Translations under genes and position numbers: made by a program | Assembly: GCF_009914755.1 (NCBI RefSeq) | Contig: NC_060936.1 | Length of the DNA: 64,000 bases | Source of the DNA: the human T2T-CHM13v2.0 reference genome, Homo sapiens | Reading direction: 5' to 3' (one strand) | The notes under the pieces: generated by a model | What the model was told of the DNA's origin: nothing | Seen by the model: only the letters and a program-made list of their open reading frames with translations | Database searches by the model: none | Shown here: in pieces, positions 44,301 to 57,329 of the stretch | Numbering within the stretch: the stretch's first letter is position 1 | Layout: each line of letters begins with the position of its first letter

Positions 44301-47300
44301 TAACTCTGTGTGATGAATACACATATCACAAAGTAGTATCTCAGAAAGCTTTTTTCTATCTCAGAAAGTTTTTATCTGAAGATGTTTTCTTTTACACCAC
44401 TGGCCCCTATGTACTCCCAAATACCCCTTACCAGATTCTACAAAAAAAGTGTTTCCAAACTTCCAAATGAAAACAAAGGTTTAATGGTGAGAGATCAATT
44501 GACACATCACAAACAGGTTTCTAAGATAGCTTCCTTCTAGTTTTTATGTTTTGATATTTGCTTTTTTGCCATTGGCCTCAATAAGTTCTGAAATATGCAT
44601 TTGTGCAATGGACAAAACAATTGTTTCCAAACTGCTGAATACAAAGAAAAGTTTACCTCTGTGAGTTGAATGCACAAATAGAAAGCAGTTTCTCAGACAG
44701 CTTCCTTCTAGTATTTATCTGAAGATGTTTCCTTTTTTACCATAGGCCTCAAGCACTCCCAGATATCACTTCACATATTTTACTAAAATATAGTTTCCAA
44801 ATCTGAGTGAATAGAAAGGCTTAACTCTGTGAGGTGAATGCACACATCACAAAGCAGTTTCTCAGATAGCTTCCTTCTGGTTTTTATCAAGTGATATTTT
44901 CTTTTGTGCCAAAGGCCTCAACAAGTTTCCAAATGTCTAGTTGCAGAAATGACAATAACATTGTTTCCAAACTGCTGAATCCAAACAAAGGTTGAAATCT
45001 GAGAAATGAATGCACTCATCACAAAAGTTTCTCAGAAAGCTTCTTTCTAGTTTTTATGTGAAGTTACATCCTTTTTCTCCATAGGCCTGAATTTCCTCCA
45101 AATTATCCCTTTATACTATATACAAAAACAGACTTTCCAGTCTACTGATGAAAAGAGAGGTTTAACTCTGTGAGGTGAATGCACACATCAGAAACTTGTT
45201 TCTCAGATACCTTCCTGCTAGTTTTTATCCTGTGATATTCGCTTTTTTGCCTTTGGCCTCAATGAGCTCCCAATTGTCCATTCACAGAATGGACAAAAAC
45301 AGTGTTTCCAAACACCTGAGTCCTAAGAAAGTTTTAATTTTGTCAGTCAAATACACACATCAAAAAGCAGTTTCTCAGAAAGCCTCTTTCCGGTTTTTAT
45401 ATGAAGATATTACCTTTTTCACCATAGGCCCTAATATGCCCCAAAATACCCCTTAGCAGATACTTCAGAAACAGTGTTTCCAAACTGCTGAAGGAAAATA
45501 AATTTTTCATTGTGTGCAATGAATGGACATGTCACAAAGCAGTTTCTCAGATAGCTTCCTTACAGTTTTTATCCTGGGCTATGCACTTTTTCACCATTGG
45601 CCTCAATGATCTCCCAAATGTGCATTTGCAGAATGGACGAAAAGACTGTTTCCAAACTGCTGAATCCAAAGAAAGATTTAATTCTGTGAGATGAATGCAC
45701 ACATCACAAGCAGTTTCTCAGAAAATTTCTTTCTAATTTTTATCTGAAGATGTTTCCTTTTTCAACATAGGCCTCAATGCACTCCCAAATATCCCTTCTC
45801 AGATTCTAGAAAAACAATGTTTCCAAACTGCTGAATGAATAGAAACATTTAACTCTGCGAGATGAATGCACACATCAAAAATCGGTTTCTCAGATGGCAT
45901 CCTCCTAGTTTTTATCATGCGATATTCCCTTTTTCACCATTGGCCTCAACACACTCCCAAATATCCTTTTGCAGATTCCACAAAAACAGTGTTTACAAGC
46001 TGCTCAATGAAAAGAAATGTTTAACTGTCTGAGATGAATATGTACATCAGAAAGCAGGATCTAAGAAAGATTCTTTCTAGTTTTTATCTGAAAATATTTA
46101 ATTTTTCAGCATAGACCTCAAGGCGCTCCAAAATATCCTTAGCAGATTGTACAAAAACATTTCTTCCAAACTGCTGAATCCAAAGAAAGCTTTAACTCTG
46201 TGAGATGAATGCACACATCACAAAGTGGCTTCTCAGAAAGATTCCTTCTACTTTTTCTCTGCATATATTTACTTCCTCAACATAGGCCTCATTGCGCAGC
46301 AAAATATCCCTTCGTGTATTCTACAAAAACAGTGTTTCCAAACTGCTCAATCAAAAGAAAGCTTTAACTCTGTGAGGTGAAGGCATACATCACAAAACAC
46401 TTTCTAAGAAAGCTTCCTTCTAGTTTTTCTCTGAAGATATTTCCTTTTTCATGTAGGGCTCTGTGTGCTCCCAAATATCCCTTCACAGATTCTACAAAAC
46501 AGTGTTTCTAAACTGCTAAATGAAAAGAATGCTTTTACTCTGTGAGATGAATGCACACATCACAAAGCAATTTCTCAGAAAGCTTCTTTCTAGTTTTTAT
46601 CTGAAGATATTTCCTTTTTCAACATAGGCCTCAATGCACTCCCAAATATCCCTTCACAGATTCTAGAAAAAACAGTGATTCCAAAATGCTCAGTTAAAAG
46701 CAAGGTTTACCTCTGTGAGATGAAAGCACACATCATAAAGTAATTTCACAGAAAGCTTCTTTCTAGTTTTTCTCTGAAGATAATTCCTTTTTCACCATAG
46801 GCCTCAATGTGCTCCCAAATATCCCTTCACAGATTCTACAAAAACAGTACATCCAAACTGCTGCATCAAAAGAAAAGTTAAATTCACTTAGATGAGTGTG
46901 CACATCACAAAGCCGTTTCTCAGAAAGCTTCTTTCTAATTTTTAACTGAAGATATTTCCTTTGTCATCATAAACCTCAATACACTCCCCAGTATCCCTTC
47001 ACAGATTCTACAAAAACAGTGTTTCTAAACCTCTAAATAGGAATCTTTAACGCTATGAGATGAATGCACACATCACAAAACAGTTTCTCAGAAAGCTTCT
47101 TTCTGGTTTCTATCTGAAGATATTTTCTTTTTCACCATAGGTCTCAATGTGCTCCCAAATATACCTTTGCAGATTCTACAAAAACAGTGTTTCCAAACTT
47201 CTGATTGAAAAGAACTGTTTAACTCTGTGAGATGAATGCACACATCGCATTTTACAATTAGATTCCTTCCAGTTTTTATCCTATGATAATCACTTAATTG

Positions 47301-50300
47301 CCATTGGCCTCAAAGATTTCCAAAATGTCCATTCACAGAATGGACAATAACAGTGTTTCCAAACTGCTGAATCAAAATAAAAGTTTATATATCCGAAGTG
47401 AATGCCCACATTACAAAGCAGTTTCTCAGAAAGCTTCTTTCTAATTATTATCTGAAGGTGTTTTCATTTTCACCATAGGCCTCAATGTGCTCCCAAATAT
47501 CCCTTTGAAGACTCTACAAAAACAGTGGTTCCAAAGTGCTCAATCAAAAGAAAGTTATACTTCTGTGAGATGAATGCACACATCACAAAGAAGTTTCTCA
47601 GAAGGTTTCTTTCTAGCTTTTCTCTGAAGGTATTTCATTTTTCACCATAAGCCTCAATGTGCTCCCAAATATCTCTTCACAGATTCTGCAAATGCAAGGT
47701 TTCCATACTGCTCAATCAAAAAGATGGATAAACTCTGAGAGATTAATGCAAACATCACAAAGAAGTTACTCAGAATGTTTCTTTCTAGTTTTTCTCCGAA
47801 GGTATTTCCTTTTTCACTATAGGTCTCAGTGCACTCCCAAATATACCTTCACAGATCCTACAAAAAACTGCTCCATGAAAAAAAGGTTTAACTCTGTCAG
47901 ATGAATGCACACAACACAAAGCAGTGTTTTAGACAGCTTCTTTCTAGTTTTTATCTGAAGATATTTCTTTTTTCACCATAGGTCTCAGCACTCTCCCAAA
48001 TAGCCCTTTGCCAGTTCTTTAAAACTGTGTTTCCAAAGTACTTAATTAAAAGATACTTTAAACTCTGTGAGATGAGTGTACACATCACAAAGCAGTTTCT
48101 CACAAAACTTCTTTCTAGTTTTTCTCTGAAGATATTTCCTTTTTCACAAAAATCCTCAATGTACTCCCAAATATCCCTTGCAGATTCTGAAAAAACAATG
48201 TTTAGAAACTGTTCCAATGAAGGAAAGTTTTAACTCTGTGAGATGAATGCACACATCACAAAGCAGTTACACAGAAAGCTTCTTTCTAGTTTTTATCTGA
48301 AGATATTTCCTTTCTCACCATAGGCCTCAGTGCACTCCCAAATATCCCTTCACAGATTCTTCATAAATAGTGTTTTGAAACTGTTCAATTAAAATAAAGG
48401 TTTAACACTGTGAGATGAATTCATACATCACAAAGCAGTTTCTCAAAAAGCTTCTTTCTAGTGTTTATTTGAAGATATTTTCTTTTTCACCATATGCCTC
48501 AATGCACTCCAAAATACCCCTCCACAGATTCTACAAAAACAGTGTTTACCATATCCTCCATCCAAAGAAGCGTTTAACTCTGTGAGATGAATGCATACAT
48601 CACAAAGCAATTTGTCAGAAAGCTTCTTTCTGGTTTTACTCTGATGATATTTCATTTTTCACCATCGGCCACAATGCAATCCCAAATATCCCTTTGCAGA
48701 TTCTACAAATACAGTGTTATCAAACTGCTCCATCAAAAGAAAGTTTAACTCTGTGAGATGAAAGTACACAACACAAAGCTGTTTCTTAGAAAGCTTCTTT
48801 CTAGCTTTTATCTGATGATATTTCCATTTTGACCATAGGCCTCAATGTGCTCCCAAATATCCCTTCGCAGATTCTACAAAAACAGTGTTTCCAAACTGCT
48901 TAATCAAAAGTATGGTTTAACTCTGTGAGATGAATGTACATATCAATAAGCAGTTTCTCAGAAAGATTCTTTCTGGTTTTTATCTGAAGATATTTTCTTT
49001 TTCACCTTAGGCCTCAATGTGCTGTCAAACTTCCCTTTGCAGATTCTACAAAACACTGCTCCATCAAAAAAAAAAAAAAAGGTTTAACTCAGGGGATGAA
49101 TGCACACAAGTCAAAGCTGTGTCTCAGAAAGCTTCTTTCTAGTTTTTCTCTGAAAATATTACTTTTTTCACCGTATGCCTCAATGCACTCCCAAATATCC
49201 CTTCGGAGGTTCTACAAAAAGAGTGCTTCCAAATTGCTCCATTGAAAGAAATGTTTAAATCTGTGATCACAATGAACACAACAAAAGCATTTTCTCAGAA
49301 AGCTTCATTCTAGTTTTTCTCTGAAGATATTTCCTTTTTCACCATAGGCCTCCATGCACTCCAAAATATCCCATTTCAGATTCTACAAAAACATTGTTTC
49401 CTAACTGCTCAATCAAAAGAAAGGTTTAAATCTGTGAGATGAATGCACACATCACAAAGAAGTTTCTCAGAAAGCTTATTTCTAGTTTTTATCTGTAGGT
49501 ATTTTTTTTCAACATAGACCTCAATTCCCTCCAAAATAACCTTTCGCAGATACTACAAAAACAATATTTTCAAAATGCTCAATCAATAGAAAGGTTTAAC
49601 TCTGTGAGGTGAATGGACACATCACAAAGAAGTTTCTCAGATAGCTTATTGGTTGTTTTTATCTGAAGATATATCCTTTTTCACCATAGGCCTCAGTGTG
49701 CTCCAAAATATCCCTTTGCAAGCCCTAAATAATAGTGTTTCAAAGCTGCTCCATCAAAAGAAAAGTTTAACTCTGTGAGATGAGTGCACACATCAAAAAG
49801 CTCTTTTTCAGAAACCTTCTTTCTAGTACCCCTTCACAGATTCTACAAACAGTGATTTCTCAAACTGCTGAATTAAAAGCAAGGTTTAACTCTGAAATGA
49901 ATGTACACATCACAAAGCATTTTCTCATAAACTTCTTTCTTGTTTTTCTCTGAAGATATTTCCTTTATCCCCATAGACCTCAATGTGCAATCAAATATCC
50001 TTACACGGATTCTACACAAAACTCCTCCATCAAAAGAAAGGTTTAACTCTGTGAGATGAATGTACACATCTCAAAGCAGTTTCTCAGAAAACTTCATTCT
50101 AATTTTTATCTGAAGATCTTTCCTTTATCACCATAGGCCACAATTCACTCCAAAATATCCTTTCACAGATTCTACGAAATCAGTGTTTTAAAACTGCTGA
50201 ATGAAAAGAAAGATTTATCTCCGTGAGAAGAATGCAAACTCCTTAAAGTGATTTCTCAGACAACTTCCTCATAGTTTTTATCCTGGGATATTCATTTTTT

Positions 50301-50596
50301 TGCCATTGACCTCAATGAACTCCCAAATGTCCATTCACAGAATGAAGAAAAATGATGTTGCAAAATTGTTGAATCAAAAACAAGGCTTAACTGTGTGAGA
50401 TTATTGAACACACCAGAAAGCATTTTTTCGGAAAGCTTCTGTCCACTTTTTATATGAAGATTTTTTTTAACTTTTGGCCTCAATGGGCTCCCAAACATCC
50501 CTTTGCAGATACTACAAAAACAGTATTTCCAAACTGCTGAATGAAAAGAAAGCTTTAACTCTGCAAGATGAATGCACACATCACAAAGCAGTTTCC
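38369..50596 (-). repeat. Diverged alpha satellite, dimeric, then a mostly single-type block at ~46-50.2 kb
   Basis: Same ~171-bp monomers and orientation as upstream. Confidence 0.97.
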
Positions 50597-51656
50597 TGTT
50601 GTGGGAAGTAAGGGACCCCAAATGGAGGGACCGGCTGAAGCCATGGCAGAAGAACATGGATTGTGGAGATTTCATGGACATTTATTAGTTCTCCAAACTA
50701 ATACTTTTATAATTTCTTATGCCTGTGTTTACTGCAATCTCTAAACATAAATTGTGAAGATTTCATGGACACTTATCACTTCCCCAATCAATATCCTTGT
50801 GATTTCCTATGCCTGTCTTTACTTTAATCTCTTAATTCTGTCAGCTGAGGAAGATGTCTGTTGCCTCAGAACTGTGTGATAATTATGTTAACTGCACAAA
50901 TTGTAGAGCATGTGTGTTTAAACAATATGAAATCTGGGCACTTGAAAAAAAGAACAGGCTAACAGCAATGTTTGGGAAACAAGAGAGATAACCTTAAACT
51001 CTGACTGTCAGTGAGCTGGGCAGAACAGAGCCATATTTCTCTTCTTTCAAAAGCAAATGGGAGAAATAACACTGAATTCTTTTTCTCAGCAAGGAACATC
51101 CCTGAGAAAGAGAATGCACACCTGGGGGTGGGTCTCTGAACTGGCCCCCTGGGAGTGGCTGTCTTTTGTGGTCTGTACACTGTAGGGGTGAAATAGAACC
51201 CAGTCTCCTATAGCACTCCCAGGCTTATTAGGAAGAGGGAATTCCCACCTAATAAATTTTGGTCAGACCGGTTGCTCTCAAAACCCTGTCTCCTTATAAG
51301 ATATTATCAGTGACAATGGTGCCCAAAACTTCATTAGCAATTTTAACTTCTCCCTGGTCCTGTGATCTCACCTGCCTCCACTTGCCTTGTGATATTCTAT
51401 TATCTTGTGAAGTACCTTATATCTGTGTCCCACACATACTCACACACTCCCTTCCGTTTTGAAACTCCCTAATAAAAACTTGCTGGTTTTGTGGCTTGGG
51501 GGGCATCACGGAACCTACCAACATGTGATGTCTGCCCCGGATGCCTGGCTTTAAAATTTCTCTATTTTGTACTCTGTCCCTTTGTTTCTCAAACCAGCTG
51601 ACACTTAGGGAAATTAGAAAAGAACCTACGTGATTATCAGGGCAGGTTCCCTGATA
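50597..51656 (+). repeat. 5' LTR (MER11 family)
   Basis: Begins tgttgtgggaagt.agggacccc and ends ttccctgata. Contains a ~91-bp internal tandem duplication and AATAAA at 51471-51476. Direct repeat of 59175-60243. Confidence 0.92.
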
Positions 51657-51658
51657 TC

Positions 51659-51676
51659 TGGCACCCATGTGGTCTT
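51659..51676 (+). other. Primer binding site (degenerate tRNA-Lys type)
   Basis: tggcacccatgtgg, 2 nt after the 5' LTR. Resembles the HERV-K PBS TGGCGCCCAACGTGG with CpG decay. Confidence 0.7.
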
Positions 51677-51811
51677 TCTTTTTTCCTAAGTGCATGAAGA
51701 AACCCGATTCCCTTTGGTAGGTGTAGTGAAATGTCATTGGCTTGGTCCACAGATACACGTGTTCGACTCCCTGATGAGTGGTTAGTAGTCTGTGTATGGT
51801 CTGGGTTAACT

Positions 51812-53904
51812 ATGGGTCATGCGGAGTCTAAGCATCATGCTTATCTCTACTATATTAAACTCCTGTTAAAACAGGGTGACGTTTGTGTGCCTATGGAAAA
51901 TATGGTCACTCTATTCAAGGCAATGGTGAAATTCTGTCCTTGGTTTCCTGAAAAAGGAACCATTTATGTAAAAGAAAGGGATTGTGATGGTACAGCATTC
52001 TGGAAACTCATCTTGGCAGGGTATTAAGTTCCCATCACTGGTTGGGGTGGTTGGGCCTTGGTGCATGCCACCTTAGTGGCGTGCCAATCCCATGACCTCT
52101 GGCAGTTGCCACAGTTTTCTGCCTTTTCCTCAGTTGCTCTGCCTTTTCCTCAGCCTTCCTCTCCCACATGGCCTTCATTATCTGATCAGACTCTCCCTTC
52201 AGCTACTCCTCCCCCACCTAACGATGCTGAAAATTCAATGTCTAACTCTGGTAACTCTGGTTAAGTTTACCCCCTACTTATCTTACTTCTTTTCACGAAA
52301 AGCCAGTACTTGAAACTCCTGCAGCCGTGACTCACACAGCCCAGTACCATAGATAAGCTAATTCTTCTTTCTTCAAACCTCTGGCATCAGCTAAAGGCTC
52401 CAGGACCAAACTACAATTTACCTCTCACTCTCCAGGCCCTCCCCCATCCACTGCAGCCCCTCACCCTCCTGTCGTTTTGGTTCCTTAACCAGTCACTTTA
52501 CTGTCCACTCAGCCTGCTTCTCTGTACCCTTCTTCACACTTGAACACCAGTAATCACCAGTATACTTCCACTCTTTCTGCTCTCCCCATGCCTCTTTCTC
52601 ACACTCTCATTCCAATCAGCCCCTCTCACACTCAGTTTCCCTTATCTACACAGGGTTTTCCTGTCACTTCTATGCTGACTCGGTCTCAGATGCCTACTCT
52701 TGAAACTTCAATGCAACACGTAATACCCCCAAACAAAGAAACAAGTGGATTAGATGTGTGGACTTATCTGGTCATGCTAGACCCACCTAAATTCCAAGGG
52801 TTGCAAATGTGTCATTATGTACCTCTTAATCTTACCTTTTTAAAAGAATTTAAGGATGCCTGTACTCAGTATGGTCCTACTTCTCCTTATGTTAAGATGG
52901 TTTTACAGACTTTTTCTACTGAGGTGACTTTACTTCCTTTAGATTGGGACCTTTTGACAAAAGCTGTTCTAACTCCATCTCAGCATTTACAATTTTGTAC
53001 CTGGTGGTCAGAGGAGGCCCATTTGCAGGCTCAGCTAAATAGCAGTAATGGCATTCCAATTACTCAGGCTCAGCTCACAGGCTCTGATAGTTTCTCTGAT
53101 GCTTATGCCCAATTAAACTTTGATGCCCTTACCACAGAACAAGTAACAAATGTGTGTATGAGAGCTTGGGATAAGTTACGTGCTCCAGGCCAAGCTCCTG
53201 TTTCTTTTACCATGGTTAAACAAGGTCACACTGAATTATACCATGATTTTTTGGCTAAATTACAAGATGCTGTTGAAAAATCTGTCTCTGATGAGCACGC
53301 TCAAGGCATTCTCCTTCGTATGTTAGCTTTTGAAAATGTAAACCATGAATGTAAAATGGCCATGCGTTCTGTCCAATGACAAAATTTACCAATCACGAGG
53401 TGTTGCCTGCATATATTAAAGCTTGTGAAGGCATTGGATAAGACACCCACAAAGCTATTCTGTGGGCACGGGTCATGGACACCAAGCAAACTGGTCCCAC
53501 TAATTCTTCTCTTGGAGCCTGCCATAATTGTGGCCAACTTGGTAATATTCAAAAAAATTGCACTGTTAAAAACTTACAGATGGCCACCCCAGTTCAACAA
53601 ACACAGCCAAATGCTGCTCCTACTGTTTGCCCATGTTGTCATAAAAGTAATCTTTGGGCAAATATTTGCTGCTTTAAGTATGATATAGATGGAAACCCCC
53701 TGCCACAACACCAGGGAAATGGGGACCAGAGCCGGTCCCAGGCCCCAACATCAAATGGACACTTCAAGCTCAGACCAACATTGTGTTTCCTCTTCAGGCT
53801 GTCCCAACACAACCCCCAGCACAAACAAATCTAACTACAGCCAAACCAAAGGGTCCCATCCTCTCCTTCTGTCTCAGTACAATGCTTGTCCACCTCCACA
53901 GTAG
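51812..53904 (+). pseudogene. gag: ERV gag (MA, Pro/Ser-rich spacer, CA, NC), disrupted
   Basis: MGHAESKH start and CPWFPEKGT in the matrix region. Capsid fragment 52540-53379 has CTQYGPTSP and the MHR-like VKQGHTELYHDFLAKL. Two decayed zinc knuckles, CHNCGQLGNIQKNC and CPCCHKSNLWANIC. Multiple stops and frameshifts. Confidence 0.92.
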
Positions 53905-54719
53905 GAGGTGGGGTGGTTGATCTCTGTAGTACTATTCCTCTGAGTTTAATTCCTGATTCTTTGCCCTTGATTGTCCCCCTGGGGGTCACTGGCCCTTTAC
54001 CTCAAGGTTCAGTGGGGCTGGTCTTAGGTGGGGCATCCACGTCTGATAAGGGAATAACCATTCATACTCGTCTCATTAATTCTGATTCTGTTGATGAGAT
54101 TAAATTAATCGTGTCTGCCAGGGTTCCTGTTTCCATTCTGGCCAGTGAGTCAATTGCTCAATTGCTTTTACTACCTAATACCATTTTAAACAAAGGAGAT
54201 AAGACACATGGCCCTGGGATGGGCTCCAGCAGTGAAAAGGCCACTTATTGGATTAATGTAATTTCTAAACAATGGCCCACCTGCACCATACACATTCAAG
54301 GGAGAAAGTTTGAGGGCCTAGTAGATACTGTTGCTGATGTTTCTGTTATTTCCTCTAGTTTATGGCCTTCCTCTTGGTTTAAACCTCCTGCTAACATGGG
54401 GATAGTAGGTGTTGGAAAGGCCAACGAAGTTTATGAGAGCGTATTTATCTTGCCTTGCACTGGCCCTGATGGTCAAAAGTGTACAATTCAGCCCTATATC
54501 ATGCCAATTCCCATTAATCTTTGGGGTAGAGATTTACTGGCACAATGGGTGGCTGAAGTTAATATTCCACATAACTCTTATAGTGCTCCCAGTCAGCATA
54601 TGATGGATAATATGGGGTTTGTTCCTGGACTCGGTCTCAGTCCAAAGCATGAAGGGATTACTAAACATCTCCCAGTTCCTATAAAAGAAAACAGGGCTGG
54701 TTTAGGTTATCCTTTTTAG
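53714..54719 (+). pseudogene. pro: ERV pro (dUTPase-like, aspartic protease, G-patch)
   Basis: Slippery-like GGGAAAT at 53714-53720. Open frame 53886-54719 with dUTPase-like motifs (GLVLG, INSDS..EI, IAQL, GMGSS), protease LVDTVADVS (canonical DTG) and NLWGRDLL, and G-patch MGFVPGLGL..GLGY. Confidence 0.9.
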
Positions 54720-57329
54720 TAGCAGCCACTGCCACACCTCCTGATCCTATTCCCTTACAATGGAAATCTGACACGCCTGTCTGGATTCAGCATTGGCCAC
54801 TTTCTAAAGAAAAACTGGAGGCTTTAAATAAATTGGTTTCTGAGAGGTTACAACTTGGAAATGTGGAACCTTCTCTTTCCCCTTGTAATTCTCCTGTGTT
54901 TCTAGTAAAAAAGAAATCAGGCAAATGGTGGATGGTAACCGACTTAAGGGCCAGCAATGCTGTAATTAAACCTATGGGGGCTGTCCAACCTGACATGCCT
55001 GCCCCTGCTTTAATACCTAAAAATTGACCTCTCATAGTTATTGATCTTAAAAATTGTTTTTTTATGTTGCTTTACATAAATCGGATTGTGAAAAGTTTGC
55101 TTTTACTGTACCATGTATCAATAATCAGGAGCCTGCAGCTCGTTATCAATGGGAAGTACTTCCTCAGGGAATGCTGAATAGCCCTACAATCTGCCAGCTT
55201 TATGTTGGACAAGTGCTTTCACCAGTTTGAGCCCAATTTCCCGAGGCCTATATTCTTCATTATATTGATGATATTTTAATTGCTGCCCCCACTGATAAAG
55301 AATTAATCAATTGTTACAAAATTTTGAGCCACTGTGTTACAGAGGCTGGAATACACATCGCTCAGGATAAAATTCAACAGACCACTCCTTTTCAATATTT
55401 AGGAATGGTGGTTGATAAACAATGTATTCAACCTCAAAAAGTTCAAATTAGGAGATATTCTTTAAAAACTTTAAATGACTTCCAAAAACTTTTGGGTAAC
55501 ATTAATTATCTAAGACCTACTTTAGGCATTCTGACCTATGTGCTGTCTAATTTGTTCTCTATGCTGTGGGGAGATTCCTATCTCCACAGAGCTAGGACTT
55601 TGACCCCTGAGGCTTTACTAGAATTGGAATTCGTAGAGGAAAGAATCCAGACTGCCCAGTTTTCTAGAGTAGAGCCGTTCCAGTCTTTTCAGCTTCTGGT
55701 TTTTGCTTCATTACACTCCCTTACTGGACTAATAGTTCAACATAATGATTTAATGGAGTGGAGTTTTCTTCCTCTTTCTATGTCAAAAACTTTGTCTGTT
55801 TATCTAAACCAAATAGCCATATTAATTGGACAGACTTGGTGCAGAATACTTCAAATTTCTGGATTTGATCCAAATGTAATTGCAGTTCCTTTAAATCAGC
55901 TCGAAGTTCAAGCTGCAATTCAGCATTCTGTACTGTGGGAAATTCACTTGGCTGATTTTATTGGCATTATTGACAATCATTATCCGAAAAACAAATAGTT
56001 TGATTTTATAAAAATGACGTCTTGGGTGGTTGCTCGATTAACCAAAGATCAACCCATTCCTGAGGCCATTACAGTGTTCACTAATGGCTCCAGTAATGGC
56101 AATGCTGGCTATATAGGTCCTACAGACAAACATTTCTACCTTTTATACTTCTGCTCAAAAGGCAGAGCTAACTGCTGTGATTACTGCCTTACAGGATTTC
56201 CCCAAACCTTTAAATATTGTTTCAGATTCCACTTATGTTTTACATGCCACTAAAATTTAAAAACTGCTACTGTCAAACATATTGATAATTCTGATTTGGC
56301 TTCTTTATTTTCAGGGTTACAACAGGCGGTTCACCAATGTAGACACCCTTTCTATATTACACATATTAGATCTCATACCACTTTACCAGGACCCATGTCT
56401 GCCAGTAACCATAAAGTTGACTGTTTGGTCTCTTTTACAACCCAAGAAGCTCAGGAGTTCCATAATCTCACTCATGTCAATGCTGCTGGATTAAAAGATA
56501 AATTTGCTCTTACTTGGAAACAGGCTAAGCTTATTTTTCACAGCTGCCCTCAGGTCCAGTTCTTTGTACTTCCAAATCAGGAACCTGGCGTTAATCCTAG
56601 AGGCCTAATTCCTAAAGCTTTATGTCAAATGGATGTGAGTCATGTTAGCTCCTTTGGCAGACTGTCATATGTGAATGTCTCTGTAGATACCTTCTCAGGT
56701 TTTATCTGGGCTACTTGCCAAACAGGGTAAGGCACGACCCATGTTAAGAAACATCTGTATTCTTGCTTTGCAGTTATGGGGCTTCCATATCGAATAAAAA
56801 CAGACAATGCCCCTGGATATGTTAATAAGGCTTTTGATTCATTTATGAAACAGTGGGGAATTTCCCATATTACTGGAATCACTTACAATCCTCAGGGACA
56901 GGCTGTGGTGGAAAGGGCCAATCACACTTTAAAAACCCAATTGTCCAAACAGTCTGAACAACCAAAACATGATTTAACTACTCCCCACTCCCAATTACAT
57001 TTGGCATTGTTTACTTTAAATTTTTTAAATGTTTCTAAAGATAATACTCTAACTGCAGCCGAATGCCATTATACACGCAAAAAAAATCCTTAAACGAAGG
57101 CAAGCCAGTGTTATGGAAAAACTCCTAAACCAATTCCTAGGAACCTGGCACAATTATAACGTGGGGAAGAGGATATGCTTGTGTTTCACCAGGAGATCTT
57201 CAATCCCCTGTCTGGGTACCCACCAGAAGACTCAAGCTTCGGGTGAATACTGACAATGAAAACCACAGAAAAAATAGGTCTGTGTCAGAGACTGCCCTCA
57301 GACGTGTTGAGATCTGTGCTGACTCCTAA
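54711..57329 (+). pseudogene. pol: ERV pol (RT, RNase H, integrase), disrupted
   Basis: [29 protein letters not shown] at 55261-55272, LNDFQKLLG, RNase H VFTNGSS, integrase QMDVSH / KTDNAP / VERAN. Many stops and frameshifts. End coordinate is approximate. Confidence 0.92.

Noticed and set aside
44337-44368. 12-bp direct repeat tatctcagaaag, plus scattered monomer deletions (e.g. ~3335, ~24400, ~26880, ~42070, ~49826, ~62290)
   Set aside because: Ordinary slippage or deletion decay in an old array, with no shared pattern seen.
50959-51180. Near-identical minus-strand ORF in both LTRs (also 59538-59795)
   Set aside because: The identity is explained by the homogenised LTR tract, and there is no evidence of coding constraint.
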